Positions 1 through 14,806 are shown, numbered from the stretch's first letter. The stretch is 64,000 bases of DNA from Octopus vulgaris (GCA_951406725.2 OX597821.1:110670001-110734000); one strand, 5' to 3'. Numbers and translations: made by a program. Notes: generated by a model not told the origin, from the letters alone.

Positions 1-83
1 GTATATATATATATATGTATATGTATATATATATACATCTATATATATGTGTATGTCTATATGTATATATATATATGTGTGTG

Positions 84-130
<47 letters not shown>

Positions 131-134
<4 letters not shown>

Positions 135-1986
135 TTTGATACTTTGATACTTTGATAGGTTTCGGCCATTATTGGCCCAGGCCATGTCTAACTTAATAGC
201 ACCACCTGGTGAAGTCTTTCAAGTCAGAATTTGGGCACTATGGCCCACTCAAGTAGAGAGTTATTGTTTACAGAGACATATCCGGGTGTAGGGGGTTTAT
301 CCGGGATTTCTTGAAGGAATCTGTCCAAAGACTTCTTGAACCCTATAGGGTCAGTTTCTGTTTTAATGTGTTTTGGTGTAATGTTAAAGAGAGCGGGGCC
401 AATTGAGGTGAAATAATTGTACCGTATTGTTGTTATGAGATGAGAGTGCGATTTTTGTTTTGGGCGGATGGCACGGGGCCCAAGCCTTGGATGTACCTTA
501 AAGGTGATGCCAACATCATTTGGGCAATGCTGATGGAATATTTTCCACATCATGCAGATGATGTAGCGCTCACGACGACGTTGGAGAGAATAGAGTTTTA
601 GCTTTTCTAGTCGACCCCAATAGTCGAGGCCTGTCATGCCATCTATCTTTTTTGTGATTGCCCTTTGAGGTGCTTCGACTTTTTTGATACCTTGTATTGT
701 GTGGGGAGACCACAGTGGACAACAGTATTCAAGGTGGGGTCGGGCAAAAGTGGAGAAGAGAAGGATAATGGTGTGGATATCTCTCGACTGGAAAGTTCTG
801 AGAATCCAGGAACACATTCTGCGGGCCATGTCAACTTTGGTGTTTATATGAGTGGCCCAGCTTACGTTGTTGTCCACAATTACTCCCAAGTCTCTGATGT
901 TGTTGGACGCCGCGAGAGTTTCACCTGAAGGAAGGGAGTATGGGAGTTTCAGGGCATCCTCTTTTCCAAAGTGGATTAGCTCAAATTTATCCTCGTTCAG
1001 CAGCATATTGTTTTTTTCTGCCCATTGGATAACAGCCAGTAGATCTGACTGAAGGCATGTCCGGTCACTCGCCTCATTTATGACCTTCTGTAGCTTGGAG
1101 TCATCTGCAAAGATTTTTATGTTGCTGTGCTTGATGATGTCATTAATGTCATTAATGTAAATGATGAAAAGAAGTGGGCCCAGCACAGTGCCTTGCGGAA
1201 CGCCACTACTGACTTTGGCTGGGCTTGATTTTACCCCTTCAACTACAACATGTTGAGATCTGTCTGTCAGGAAACACTTAATCCATTTCAGTAACTTTCC
1301 AGAGACACCAATGTTGGATAGTTTTTTCAATAGGATCTTGTGATCGACCCTGTCGAAGGCCTTACTGAAATCAAGGTAGATGACATCGGTGTTGGAGCCC
1401 TCTCCCAAAGCTCTCAAAATGTCCTCAAAGTGATGCAGGAGCTGCGTTAGGCAGTCCCTTCCATTACGGAACCCATGTTGGTTGGAGATCAGCCGTCTGT
1501 TGCTTTCCAGAAATTGGGTTATTTGAGATCTCACCACCCTCTCAAATACCTTGATGATATGAGAGGTGAGTGAGATCGGACGGTAATTCACTGCAAGGGA
1601 CTTGTTTCCCTTTTTGAAAACTGGGACAACAGACTGGGACAGAAGGTTTTTGGAATATAGCCAGCATCCAGTGAGTTTCTCCACAGATTAGCAAGGGGAG
1701 ATGCAAGTTGGTGTCGACACACCTTCAGGACACAAGCAGGGAACCTATCGGGGCCTACTGCTGAATTGTGTTTTATTTCGTTTATCGCCGCTAAGACATC
1801 AGGGGCACTAAACGTTATGTCCGATATAGTGTGTTGGGGGTTGACATCACTGATACAGCCCAGATCGGCCATATCAGGATTGCTGAAAACAGAGCAGTAT
1901 TGTTTCTGCAGTATCTCGGCCATGGATTTGGCATTATCTTGGAGAGTGCCAGTTTCGTCAATTAGAGGGCCTACAGTATTAGAGGG

Positions 1987-1988
<2 letters not shown>
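131..1988 (-). mobile_element. 5'-truncated CR1-group LINE (ORF2 RT region), young-looking
   Basis: ORFs 1588..2067 and 224..1684 join across one frameshift. RT motifs NYRPISLTS, QHGFR, YLDFSKAFD, GVPQGTVLGP, FADD; C-terminal RPHLEYC and YSLQRRRERY. 3' tail (CAAAGTAT)x3 at 131-157. (TA)n on both sides. Confidence 0.93.
224..1684 (-). CDS. LINE reverse transcriptase, C-terminal ~480 aa of ORF2 (partial; the annotated start is not the real start)
   Basis: Uninterrupted frame with the non-LTR RT motifs. The frame continues upstream via a slip in the T5 run at 1647-1651. Confidence 0.85.
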   Translation of the reverse strand: MEKLTGCWLYSKNLLSQSVVPVFKKGNKSLAVNYRPISLTSHIIKVFERVVRSQITQFLESNRRLISNQHGFRNGRDCLTQLLHHFEDILRALGEGSNTDVIYLDFSKAFDRVDHKILLKKLSNIGVSGKLLKWIKCFLTDRSQHVVVEGVKSSPAKVSSGVPQGTVLGPLLFIIYINDINDIIKHSNIKIFADDSKLQKVINEASDRTCLQSDLLAVIQWAEKNNMLLNEDKFELIHFGKEDALKLPYSLPSGETLAASNNIRDLGVIVDNNVSWATHINTKVDMARRMCSWILRTFQSRDIHTIILLFSTFARPHLEYCCPLWSPHTIQGIKKVEAPQRAITKKIDGMTGLDYWGRLEKLKLYSLQRRRERYIICMMWKIFHQHCPNDVGITFKVHPRLGPRAIRPKQKSHSHLITTIRYNYFTSIGPALFNITPKHIKTETDPIGFKKSLDRFLQEIPDKPPTPGYVSVNNNSLLEWAIVPKF

Positions 1989-2041
<53 letters not shown>

Positions 2042-2133
2042 TTGTGTGTATATATATATGTGTACAAATATATATTATACCCATATATATGTGTTGATAT
2101 CTAAATATATATATATATACATCTATATATATG

Positions 2134-2172
<39 letters not shown>

Positions 2173-2194
2173 ATATATATATATATATGTATGT

Positions 2195-2225
<31 letters not shown>

Positions 2226-2227
2226 TA

Positions 2228-2337
<110 letters not shown>

Positions 2338-2958
2338 AGAGAGAAAGAGAGAGAGAGAGAGAGAAAATGAGGCGGTACTTAACTGCCTTAGTAAAAAACA
2401 AAGGTAATAAGATATAGACAAGAATACAATGAAATGGAACGAAAAAGATATATAACGTAATAATAGTGATTTGTCTAATATAGTAAAGTATAAAATAGAA
2501 TAGTTAAGTGAATCTAGAGAATTCGCTAACAATATATCAGATTTTAACAAAAGGGTTGGATTTACAAATACGAAACCTGTAAACCGGAACGAAATTTGAT
2601 TAATGTGAGCAAGTATGCAATACGATACATTGCCATACAATGCAATCCACCGCTGCACAAAAGACTCGACACAATGAAAATATACAAAAGGTGAAGTAAA
2701 GACAAATTCGATAATAAAATGCGACATTTTCATTCTCTATCTTATAAGAGAAATCTATTTAATTCTTTGTTTGTTAAATACAAAGAATTGGTGACGTAGT
2801 AATGACGACATGTAAACACGTGACACGCTTTGAGTACCTGGAAAGTTGCGAATTTAATATTAACTGCACTAAACTGTCTCAATGCGTCGTAACGTTATAT
2901 GTGTCCAGGTGCTTCATACGACAATATCTGGAAACACAATATGTATATATATATATAT

Positions 2959-3274
2959 GTCACGTGACCACGTGATCACGTGACCGACCAGTCCATCAGA
3001 TGTAGTTACACATCGCTGGTCACAATCCGTTCGCATTGTTTTAGCCTTCGAATGACGCCACCCCGCTGGCTAAGCGAGCAGGCCAACAGAAGAAAGAGTG
3101 GGAGAAAGAGTGGCGAAAGAGTACAGCAGGGATCACCACCCCCTGCCGGAACCTCGGGGAGCTTTTTAGGTGTTTTCGCTCAATAAACACTCACAACGCC
3201 CGGTCTGAGAATCGAAACCGCGATCCTACGACCGCGAGTCCGCTGCCCTAACCACTGGGCCATTGCGCCTCCAC
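2959..3274 (-). mobile_element. tRNA-derived SINE, head H1 + tail T1
   Basis: GTGGAGGCGCAATGGCCCAGTGGTTAGG (A box) ... GGTTTCGATTC (B-box-like). Near-identical to 25386-25684. Ends in (CACGTGA)n. Confidence 0.9.
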
Positions 3275-3344
3275 CTATATATGTATATATAGAAATATTA
3301 AAATTACTAAGTCTCTCTAAAGGAGATTACGGAAGCGTTACTGG

Positions 3345-3648
3345 ATATTAATAGTTATCGCCATACTAATATGGCAGTCTTATAAATATAAGACTAAAGC
3401 TGTCGCTGATTAGCTCCAAGAGGCCATCGCCTCTAGCTAGCTATATGACACACGAACCTGCGTCCATTACAACCTTCGAACTGGGGAGGTCAGCCGCTTC
3501 ACCTTGCTAGTCAGACATCTGCAGACATGTTTCAGGTTCGTGTGTCATATAGTTAGCTAGAGACGATGGCCTCTTGGAGCTAATCAGCGACAGCTTTAGT
3601 CTTATATTTATAAGACTGCCATATTAGTATGGCGATAACTATTAATAT
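3345..3648. repeat. Long inverted repeat, 116-bp arms with 72-bp spacer
   Basis: 3345-3460 is the reverse complement of 3533-3648 with 2 mismatches. Confidence 0.95.
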
Positions 3649-3649
3649 G

Positions 3650-3722
<73 letters not shown>

Positions 3723-3885
3723 TGTATATATACTTTAGTTATCTTTAGTTTTTAAAATAAACTGTATTCTAATACCCTATTTATATTTAGAGACAAATAT
3801 TGTTTACCTTTCTGATAAAACATTGCACACGGCTGTCTATATTAAATTAATATACATACATGCATATATATATATATATATATAT

Positions 3886-5545
3886 GTTTCGACCAAAGAT
3901 TGTCCAGGCCATATCTAACCTAATAGTACCATTTGATAGGATTAGCTAAACTCTTTAAAAGTCAAGTTTTGTGTTATCATGTTCCATTCGAGTAGGGAGT
4001 TCTTTTTGAGTGAGCTGTATCCATGTATAGGTGGCTCATCCGGTATTCCTTGAAGAAATTTTCCCAGATTCAGTTTAAAGGTAATGGGATCCTTTTCCGC
4101 TTTGATCTGTTTCGGGTTAAAAAGGGCAGGAGCTGTTGAGGAAAAAAAATTGTGTTCCAGTGTGTGAATATGTTGTGATCCTGAATTAGGTAGCCTTGGA
4201 TGAATTTTGAAGTTAATGTTCAGGACGTTTGGGCAATGCTGGTGGTATAATCTCCACATCGTGCAAATGATGTATCGCTCACAGAGGCGCTAGAGAGAAT
4301 AGAGTTTCAACGCTTTAAGACGGTTCCAATAATTGAGATCAATCATGCTCGTAATTCTTGTAGTAAATGGCACCTGGGGTGATTCGATTTTCGAGATGTT
4401 TTGTTTTGTGTGGGGAAACCACAGGGGGCAGCAGTATTCACGGTGTGGCCGTACAAAGGAGAAGAGAGGAAATATGACAACCTTGTTCTCTAGACCGGAA
4501 GGTTCTTAGGATCAAGGAGCTCATCCTACGAGCTATATCGACCTTATTGTTGATGTGGGCACTCCAGCTAAGTTTGTTATAAAAAATTACACCTTGATCT
4601 CTAATGTTATTAGATACTATGAACGGTTCCCCTGAAGGAAGAGAGTATGGCTGTTTTAGTATAGTCTTTCTTCCAAAATCCTGCTGTTCAGAATTTCCCT
4701 CGTTTAGTTGGATTTTGTTTTTGTCTGCCCATTGATTCACAGTATGTGGATCCGACTGCAGCTCGGTTCGGTCTTCTTCTTCATTGATACTTTTCGGTAG
4801 CTTAGAGTCATCAGCAAATATTTTCATTTTGCTGCGTTTTATGACACTTGAGAGGTCGTTTATATAAGCAATAAAGAGCAGGAGGCCCAAGACAGGCACC
4901 TAAAGGACACCATTGGTGACTTTTGCTGGGCTTGAGTGGACTCTACCGATCACAACATGTTGTGCTCTGTTCTTAGGAAATACTCAATCCAGTGTAGAAG
5001 TTTTCCACGGATTCCAACATTTGATAATGTTAACAGTAGAATATTATAGTCATCTCTGTCGAATGTTTTACTGAAGTCAAGATATATAACATCAGAGTTC
5101 GAACTTGATCCCAAGGCTTTAAGGATATCGTCGATGTGATTCAAGAGCTGTGTTAGACAGTCACTGCCACAGCGAAAGGCATGCTGATTTGCATTTAGGA
5201 GTTTGTGGGTCTCCAGAAAGTCAGTTATCCTTGATCTCATCACCCTTTCAAACGCTTTAATGATATGGGAGGTGAGTGAGATTGAACGAGAATTGACTGC
5301 GCGGGATCTGTTTCCCTGTTTTTAAAACCGGAATGAGAGACTGGGGTAAGAGGTGTTTCGGTATATAACCGGTATCAAAAGAATTTCACCAGAGTTGGCC
5401 AGAGGGACTGCAAGTTGGTGTCTACATTCCTTCAGGAGACTTGCAGGGAATCTATCAGAGCCTACATCAGAATAGTATTTGATCTTATTTATTGCTATGA
5501 TGTCTGAAGCAGTAAAGGTCATGTCTGAGATTATATACTGGGAGC
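3886..5545 (-). mobile_element. Degraded CR1-group LINE related to 131-1988
   Basis: Fragmented ORFs with VIYLDFSKTFD, KIFADDSK, NSLLEW. Multiple stops and frameshifts. (TA)n flanks. Confidence 0.92.
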
Positions 5546-6640
<1,095 letters not shown>

Positions 6641-6899
6641 CAACGCACGGTTGCAACACCATATGGTTGTACCTCCAACCGTGCTGTTTACTGCTGTGAT
6701 TTTTGCTACTAAGGTATCGGTTAAACTTTTGATTAATCTACTACAAGATTATTCATCTTTCTATTTCACATTATATATATATATATATATTGTCCAATTA
6801 CTTGTAGTGCTATTTTGGGCTTCCGTACATCCGTATCGTCCTATTTTTCTGTATGTATTTTTTCCTAATTATGTCTATATATATATATTTTTTTTTATC

Positions 6900-7200
6900 T
6901 CCAAGTGAATTATTAAAGGGATTATCTCTGCTTTCATTCCTGGCGTTCTGCTTATCTCTAATTCGAAATAAATTTATCTTTTGCTTTTCTCTAGAAATTA
7001 CTTTTCCATCTGATGTAGCTGATACATCAATCAGGAGACATTTCTTTCATCACGTACAGCTTGATAACAATAACCGATCGACTAATCTGGACTCCCGTAT
7101 CTGTAAATATTTGCATAATCCAGAATATACGCCACCTATCGTCACGCAAAGCATTCTCTGATGTAGCTATATCAACTCTTTGGTATCGATATTTTCTCTT
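6900..7200 (-). mobile_element. Degenerate R4/Dong-like RLE domain fragment
   Basis: Manual translation gives RIFWIMQIFTD..SRSVIVI and KKCLLIDVS..SREKQK, matching the elements at 59905-61299. Confidence 0.55.
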
Positions 7201-7226
7201 CATATTTATTTAACTGTATATATATG

Positions 7227-7274
<48 letters not shown>

Positions 7275-7569
7275 CGACACCGCTAATTGACACACTTGAC
7301 ACATTATTAACTAGCATAAGATCGTAGCCTGGAAGAAACATGGATTATATGGAAAAATGCTAGCAAGAGAAATAATATTCTTAAGATTATAAATCTGAAA
7401 AAGTACAGGAGAAGTTATTACATCAGGTAAAATACAAAACGAGAAAACTTTTACTTAAAACGTTGCAGCTAATGATAAAATTTGAATATTAAAAATTATT
7501 TGATTGTAATTTACAAAGTAACATTATAATTAAAAATGGTACCATCAGTTTTTCAAAATATTGACACAC

Positions 7570-8026
7570 TAGAGGGTGTAAGAGTTGAGTGGGATTCCAT
7601 GTGGGATTGGTGTCAAATGAAGAGAGGAGGTGTAGTTGGTGTCAGGGGAAGAGAGATGTAAGTTGAGCCTATGTGGAGCAAAGGAACGAGGAACGAAGAG
7701 AGAACATTAAATTCTGTTCACGGCGAAGGCGGGAGTCCGGATGGCCCCTGTGCTGAGACAGTCTGAACACAGTCAGATGTTGTAACAGTAGAGCGGAAAA
7801 GGCGTGAGAGCGGGGTGTCATTGCCAAGTCTTATGTCCTATAGTGCTCCACGAACCGCTCAGTCAAGCGGCTTCCCGTTTGACCAATGTACAGGGAAGGA
7901 CAGAGAAAACAAGAAATGCAGTAAATGACATTACTAGTATTGCGGGTTAATAAGTCGGTGACGTGATAGGGACGGTGATGGGTGCCTGCGAGTATAGTGG
8001 TGTTGGAGAGGTAGGCACAGGTGTGA
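7570..8026 (-). mobile_element. Penelope-like GIY-YIG endonuclease remnant
   Basis: NTSNVIYCISCFLCPSLYIGQTGSRLTERFVEH, then a stop and a degenerate RLRREQNL segment. Confidence 0.85.
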
Positions 8027-8158
8027 CATATATATGTATGTGTATGTATACGTATATATGTAGATATATATATACATAAACATATATATGTATGTATATG
8101 CATACGTATATATGTAGATTCGTACATAAACATATATACATGTATATGTATGTGTATG

Positions 8159-8202
<44 letters not shown>

Positions 8203-8345
8203 ATTATATATATATATATATATATGTATATCTATGTATGTGTGTGTGAGTCATATCTACCTATATATATATTTATAATTATATGTATATATATATATAT
8301 ATGTATATCTATGTATGTGTGTGTGAGTCATATCTACCTATATAT

Positions 8346-8470
8346 CGCCGTCTCTAGCGACCGAGTGACCTTCATTGACAAGACCAAACAAGGTCGCAAT
8401 CACATCATCTGATGATCTCCGCGCTGGAGATAACAGGGAATTATCTCCCCGCTAGCGATGGAAACAAGAG
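8346..8470 (+). repeat. Interspersed repeat with degenerate hammerhead motif; second copy at 48960-49088 (-)
   Basis: Shared TCTCTAGC..GACC-loop-GGTC..TCTCCCCGCTAGCGAT..AAACAAG. Confidence 0.6.
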
Positions 8471-8609
8471 GACATTTTCACCAGAAAGCCAATATGAAAG
8501 ATTCTCTGGAGGTAACTATCGCAACAAAGTTCATTCCAATCGAACATTCACGTTTAAGTTGGTATACATATTCCTTTTGGGTATTAATTTAATACTGCCT
8601 CTGACGCTA

Positions 8610-8646
<37 letters not shown>

Positions 8647-8647
8647 T

Positions 8648-8840
8648 AGTTAATCCAAACAAGAAAGCACAAAAAAACACAACAACGCGAGGACGTGGAA
8701 CAAATATAGTATTATTGGACGCTCAGGAAAGAAGGAAAGAAGGAGGGTTTAGAGTTTCGAGCGGAGCTCTTCGTCGGAAACAAAGGAGAAGGAAAGAACC
8801 AGAGAAGGGAAGACAGAGGAAAAAAATCGCCAACGGTACA
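8648..8840 (-). mobile_element. pLTR-like repeat (probably Penelope-like); second copy at 40330-40527 (+)
   Basis: Two highly similar copies in opposite orientation, both next to (TA)n. Carries CCGACGA-A-GAGC-TCC-GCTC-GAAAC. Confidence 0.65.
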
Positions 8841-9079
8841 TATATATATATATATAATCGATGGTAGTCAATTTGCTGAATAAGAATTCTCTCCATTTTC
8901 TGCTTAAGTAAAATTTGATTCCTGCTATACTCTTCTTTATCTTTGTTATTGCCTGTAACCTATCAGCATAGTGTGATTGAATACCCATGCCCAGGGTTAA
9001 CATAGGTAATTTATATTGGTAGTAAAAATGTATAATCGTAACCCTTAGACGGTTATTCCAACCGCTAACACTACTATCC

Positions 9080-9130
<51 letters not shown>

Positions 9131-9654
9131 CTTAGAAGGTTGTTTCTTAAGGATGTTCAGAGAGTTACCATTGTGTTCGCACTGATAAAACTCTTGGTTG
9201 TTTTGGCGACTCGTCAAACTTTTTTTCTGTTTATAACCATAACTGAACTTGACCTATTCCTTCCTCCACTTGTTGGGAGGTTATGTGTCTCCGGCCAACG
9301 AGTCTGGCGAGTTGCCTATCCAGATAAGAAGAGCTTTATAGGTGCGAAACCAAATGTTACCCTCCGACTGGCCATAACAGTCATCAGCCTTCTGAATATT
9401 AACACTCCAAAATATTTAGAGTATCGTTCTTTTTCGGAAATATGAACTACTGACCTATATCTTCACTATTATATGTATGTAGGTATATACATATATATAT
9501 ATATATATGTGTGTGTGTGTATGTATATAATATTGTCATTATGTATATGTGCATATATATATGTATATATGTATATACGTACATGCATTTATATATATAT
9601 ATATATATATATGCATGTGTTTATATATATGCATGTGTTTATATATATGCATGT

Positions 9655-9693
<39 letters not shown>

Positions 9694-9795
9694 TGGATAG
9701 ATAGATAGATATAGATATATACATATATATGTATATATAGAGATAGATAGATACATACATACATACATACATACATACATACATACATACATACA

Positions 9796-9827
<32 letters not shown>

Positions 9828-9995
9828 CATCCATCTATGTTTATAAAAGATACGTATGTATCAATTATTATCATTATGAAAACAACTTGACGTTTGACCT
9901 TTTCAACAATTAAAATTAAAATATCATTTGTGTTTTGTGCACACCGTTTTGTTGTGTTTAATACTTTTGCTGCTGCTCTGAGGTAGGTATTCCTG

Positions 9996-10259
9996 GTGGT
10001 GATGATGATGATGATGATAATAATCCTCCTCCTCCTCCTCCTCCTCATCATCATCATCATCATCATCATCTTCCTCATTATGATTATGATGTCGATTATG
10101 ATGATTATGATTATGATAGTTCTTATCGATCCTACAATCATCATCATTTTCATCACCATCATCATCATCATCATCATCATCACCTTCATCATTATCATCA
10201 TCATCATCATCATCATCATCACCTTCATCAATATCATCATCATCATCACCTTCATCAAT

Positions 10260-10302
<43 letters not shown>

Positions 10303-10322
10303 ACATCATCACCTTCATCAAT

Positions 10323-10359
<37 letters not shown>

Positions 10360-10724
10360 CCTTCATCATAATCATCATCATCATCATCACCTTCATCAAT
10401 ATCATCATCATCATCATCATCACCTTCATCAATATCATCATCATCATCATCATAATCATCATCATCACCTTCATCATAATCATCATCATCATCATCACTT
10501 TCATCAATATCATCATCATCATCATCATCACCTTCATCAATATCATCATCATCATCATCATAATCATCATCATCACCTTCATCATAATCATCATCATCAT
10601 CATCACCTTCATCAATATCATCATCATCATCATCATCACCTTCATCAATATCATCATCATCATCATCATAATCATCATCATCACCTTCATCATAATCATC
10701 ATCATCATCATCACTTTCATCAAT

Positions 10725-10777
<53 letters not shown>

Positions 10778-11084
10778 AATCATCATCATCAACATCATCA
10801 CCTTCATCAATATCATCATCATCAGCGGCAGCAGCATCAGCATCGTAATCATCATCATCCTTTACATTGTTGTCATGGAGACCTCCCTCCTCCACATTAT
10901 TATCATTATCATCATGATCATCACCATCATAATCAGCAACATATGGATCATCATTTTCACATTCTCATCAACCATCGCCACCATCATCACTATACCCATC
11001 GTCGTCGTCATCTTCATCTTTATCCTCATCATCATCATCATCATCGTCGTCGTCGTCGTCGTCAACGTCATCATCACCATTACC

Positions 11085-11118
<34 letters not shown>

Positions 11119-11195
11119 CCATCTCCTCTACCATCATCATTATCATCATCATCATCGTCAACGCTGTTGTCGTCATCATCACCATCATCATCATC
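9996..11195. repeat. (ATC)n array with a 108-bp higher-order unit
   Basis: Variant triplets recur with 36-codon periodicity over about 10320-10730. Confidence 0.9.
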
Positions 11196-11504
11196 AGTAT
11201 TTTTATGTACAAGTATTTCGTTTTTATATATATTTCTTTATTTCATTATATATTTATATATATTGGTCGGTATTTCTACTTCAGTTTCAAACACCCACTT
11301 CTAGTACACGATTGCTACTTCCACTCCTTCCTGGACCACCTCCAGCAACACGACTATATTTATATATTTATAACTTTTATTTCAGTAGTTATTTATTTAT
11401 TTATTTACTTTGTTCCTCTCGGTTTCTATTTTCGATTATCTTCACACCACGAATTAAACGGCATTTACGAACACAATGCGTGAAAATGGTGCTTAAATAA
11501 GATT

Positions 11505-11588
11505 ACCAACAACAATAATAATACTAATAATAATAATAAGAAGAAGAAGAAGAAGAAGCAGAAGAAGAAGAACAACAACAACAACAAC

Positions 11589-11675
<87 letters not shown>

Positions 11676-12138
11676 TGATGATGATGATGATCATCATCAT
11701 GAAGAGCGTAAAAACAATAACAAAAATAGCATCAAGTCAGAAATAATAATAACATTAATTGAAATAATACTAGTTAAAGTAATTGCTATGATGATGATGA
11801 TGATGATGATGATTGTGGTGGTGGTGGTGGTGATGATGATGATGATGCTGATGATGGTAGTGGTGGTTGTGATGATATCGATGACGATGATGATGATGAG
11901 GTTGATGATGATGATGATGATGAGGCTGATGATGATGAGGACGATAATGATGATGATGATGACTATGATGATGATGATGATGATAATTACAACAATAATA
12001 TCTGCAATTATTATTACTATTATTATTATTATCATATTTATTATTATTATTATCATCATCATCATCATCATCATTATTATTATTATTATTACTATTATTA
12101 CTATTATCATCATCATCATCATCCTCATCATCATCATC

Positions 12139-12184
<46 letters not shown>

Positions 12185-12208
12185 ACATCATCATCATCAT
12201 CATCATCA

Positions 12209-12249
<41 letters not shown>

Positions 12250-12265
12250 TTCATTATTATTATGA
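11505..12265. repeat. Compound trinucleotide microsatellites (AAT/AAG/AAC/TAG/GAT/ATC/ATT)
   Basis: Directly visible. Confidence 0.95.
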
Positions 12266-12654
12266 TTGAATTACAACAGCGAATTATTGACTTGAAGAGT
12301 AACTAGATTTTTGAGATAATCATGACGAAAATAAATTATAATAAAAATTTCAAGAATGATGAACGTAATAAGAATAATAATAATAATACGATGACGATGA
12401 TGATAATGTAGGCGGTATTGTTGTTGTGGTGGTGGTGGTGGTGGTGGCGGATGAGAGGAAGCAAGAAGAGTGAAAATATAATTTTAGAAAAGAAATATGC
12501 TCTCCTGAAAATCAATGACAAAACAAGTGGTGGTGGTGGTGGTGGTGGTGGTGGTGGTGGTGGCGGAGGAAGGAGTGGGGCAAGTGAGTAAAAATAAATA
12601 AAAGATTTCAATAGCATTTCATTCAGACAATGGTTCATTGCTATATGTGTCTAT

Positions 12655-12690
<36 letters not shown>

Positions 12691-12815
12691 GCAGACACAC
12701 ACACATATATTTATACATACATATATATGCATATATATATATATATATATATATATACATTTATATATACACACATATATATATATATATATACATATAT
12801 ATATACGTATGTAGA

Positions 12816-12863
<48 letters not shown>

Positions 12864-13452
12864 ATATACACATATACATATATATACATATATATATAGT
12901 GAGAGAGAGATGGAGGGAGAAACAGAGAGAGAGAGGAAAAGAGTGAAGTGTGTATATATATGTATGTGGATCTATATAAACGTATAATTTGTATATATAC
13001 ATATATATAGTGAGAGAGAGAGGGGTGAGAGAAGAGAAAGAGAGAGAGAGAGGGAAAATGGAAGATAATGAAGTGTATATACATATCACCAATATGAAAT
13101 TGTAATCAAAGCTATGATCGCATTATATATAAGTATATTTCTATACTCGTTCTCTATTCTTCCACCTCAACCACCACCATTCTACTTGATCGCAAATTTG
13201 GTTACAGTTTTCACTTCATGCCCAGTATGTCTGTATGCTGCGCTATATTTATACACAATACCATTTACGTAAATGTAGATTGGTCAATGTTGATCGCAAT
13301 TAGATTACCTACATGTAGCAACTGATACTAAAACTCAACTGCCAAATGCAAGTAAGCAAATCCTGACAGTGGCTTTAACGAACGTGGAAACCCATCTACT
13401 GAGCAGAACTCAGACTTGCTTTCTTGCCGTTGAGATCCTTACAGTTTTTTTT

Positions 13453-14085
13453 TTCACCCTTGTTGTTTACAACTTCTTCCCAACTTTCAACAAGGTTTTC
13501 AATACTTCTTTGGTAGAAATCCCCCGATTTTGATTCGAAAAATTGATCCAACCAAACTTTCAATTCTGCATCAGTATTGAACGAAACTCCGCGTATAGCA
13601 TATAAAAATAATCTTATGTATTAGGTTAGCAACTAAGTTCCCGCCATTCTTTTAAATTTAAATTTTTTATAAGGTTTAATAAAAAAAATAACTAATTAAT
13701 CAATAACGCATTCACCCTTGTTGTTTACAACTTCTTCCCAACTTTCAACAAGGTTTTCAATACCTCTTTGGTAGAAATCCCCCGATTTTGATTCGAAAAA
13801 TTGATCCAACCAAACTTTCAATTCCGCATCAGTATTGAACGAAACTCCGCGTATAGCATTTGAAAGAGATCGAAAGAGGTGGAAATCCGTTGGTGCCAAA
13901 TCAGGAGAGTACGGCGGGTATGGCAACACTTCCCAGCCATGCGATTGAATGGCTTCCTTGGTCATATTGGCGATATGAGGGTGGGCGTTGTCTTGCAGCA
14001 GAACAACTCCATGGTGCTGATTGGGTCTTTTCTTTTGAATAGCGGTGTTGAGTCGTTCATCTGTTTGGTTCCATTCAAGCAATTC
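13453..14085 (-). mobile_element. Mariner transposon remnant (transposase C-terminus, terminal repeat, duplicated segment)
   Basis: LLQDNAHPH...YPPYSPDLAPTDFHLF (D,D34D). TIR-like TATTAGGTTAGCAACTAAGTT at about 13619-13640. 13453-13601 duplicates 13711-13859. Confidence 0.92.
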
Positions 14086-14476
14086 ATAATGGATAATCCC
14101 TTTCCAGTCCTACAATACACACAACATCGCGTGGTTGATACGAGTAAAATAGTAAAAGAGGGAAATACACAAATACACACACATACACACACACACGCAT
14201 ATACGCACACACGCACACATATATGTATATATATATATATGACGCATATACACCCATATAAATTGTCGCCACAGATTGACAAACCAGTAAGTTGGGTCAC
14301 GAGGTACTCTTATTATATCACTTTACCGATCTATTCTCCTCCCCCTCCATCTCCTTCCCCTCCTCCTTCTTTCAGAATGTCAATTCCATTAATGGGTCGC
14401 ACTGACATCTCATGTTTTATTCAAGAAAGGAAAATGTTAACCATTTACCTTATCGAAGAATAAATGCAAAATATAT

Positions 14477-14515
<39 letters not shown>

Positions 14516-14716
14516 GATACACATACACACACACTCACACACACTCAGACACACACACACACACACAAACATACGCATGTGTGAGTATTTACGTATATGT
14601 GTGCGTATGTATATATGCATTGTTATATATATATATATAAATATATATATATGTATATATATATATGTTTTATACACGCACACATATTGATATATATATA
14701 TACATATATATCTATT

Positions 14717-14752
<36 letters not shown>

Positions 14753-14767
14753 GGGAGAGAGAGGGAG

Positions 14768-14806
14768 AGAAAGAAAGAAAGCAAGAAAGAAAGAAAGAAA
14801 GAACGA

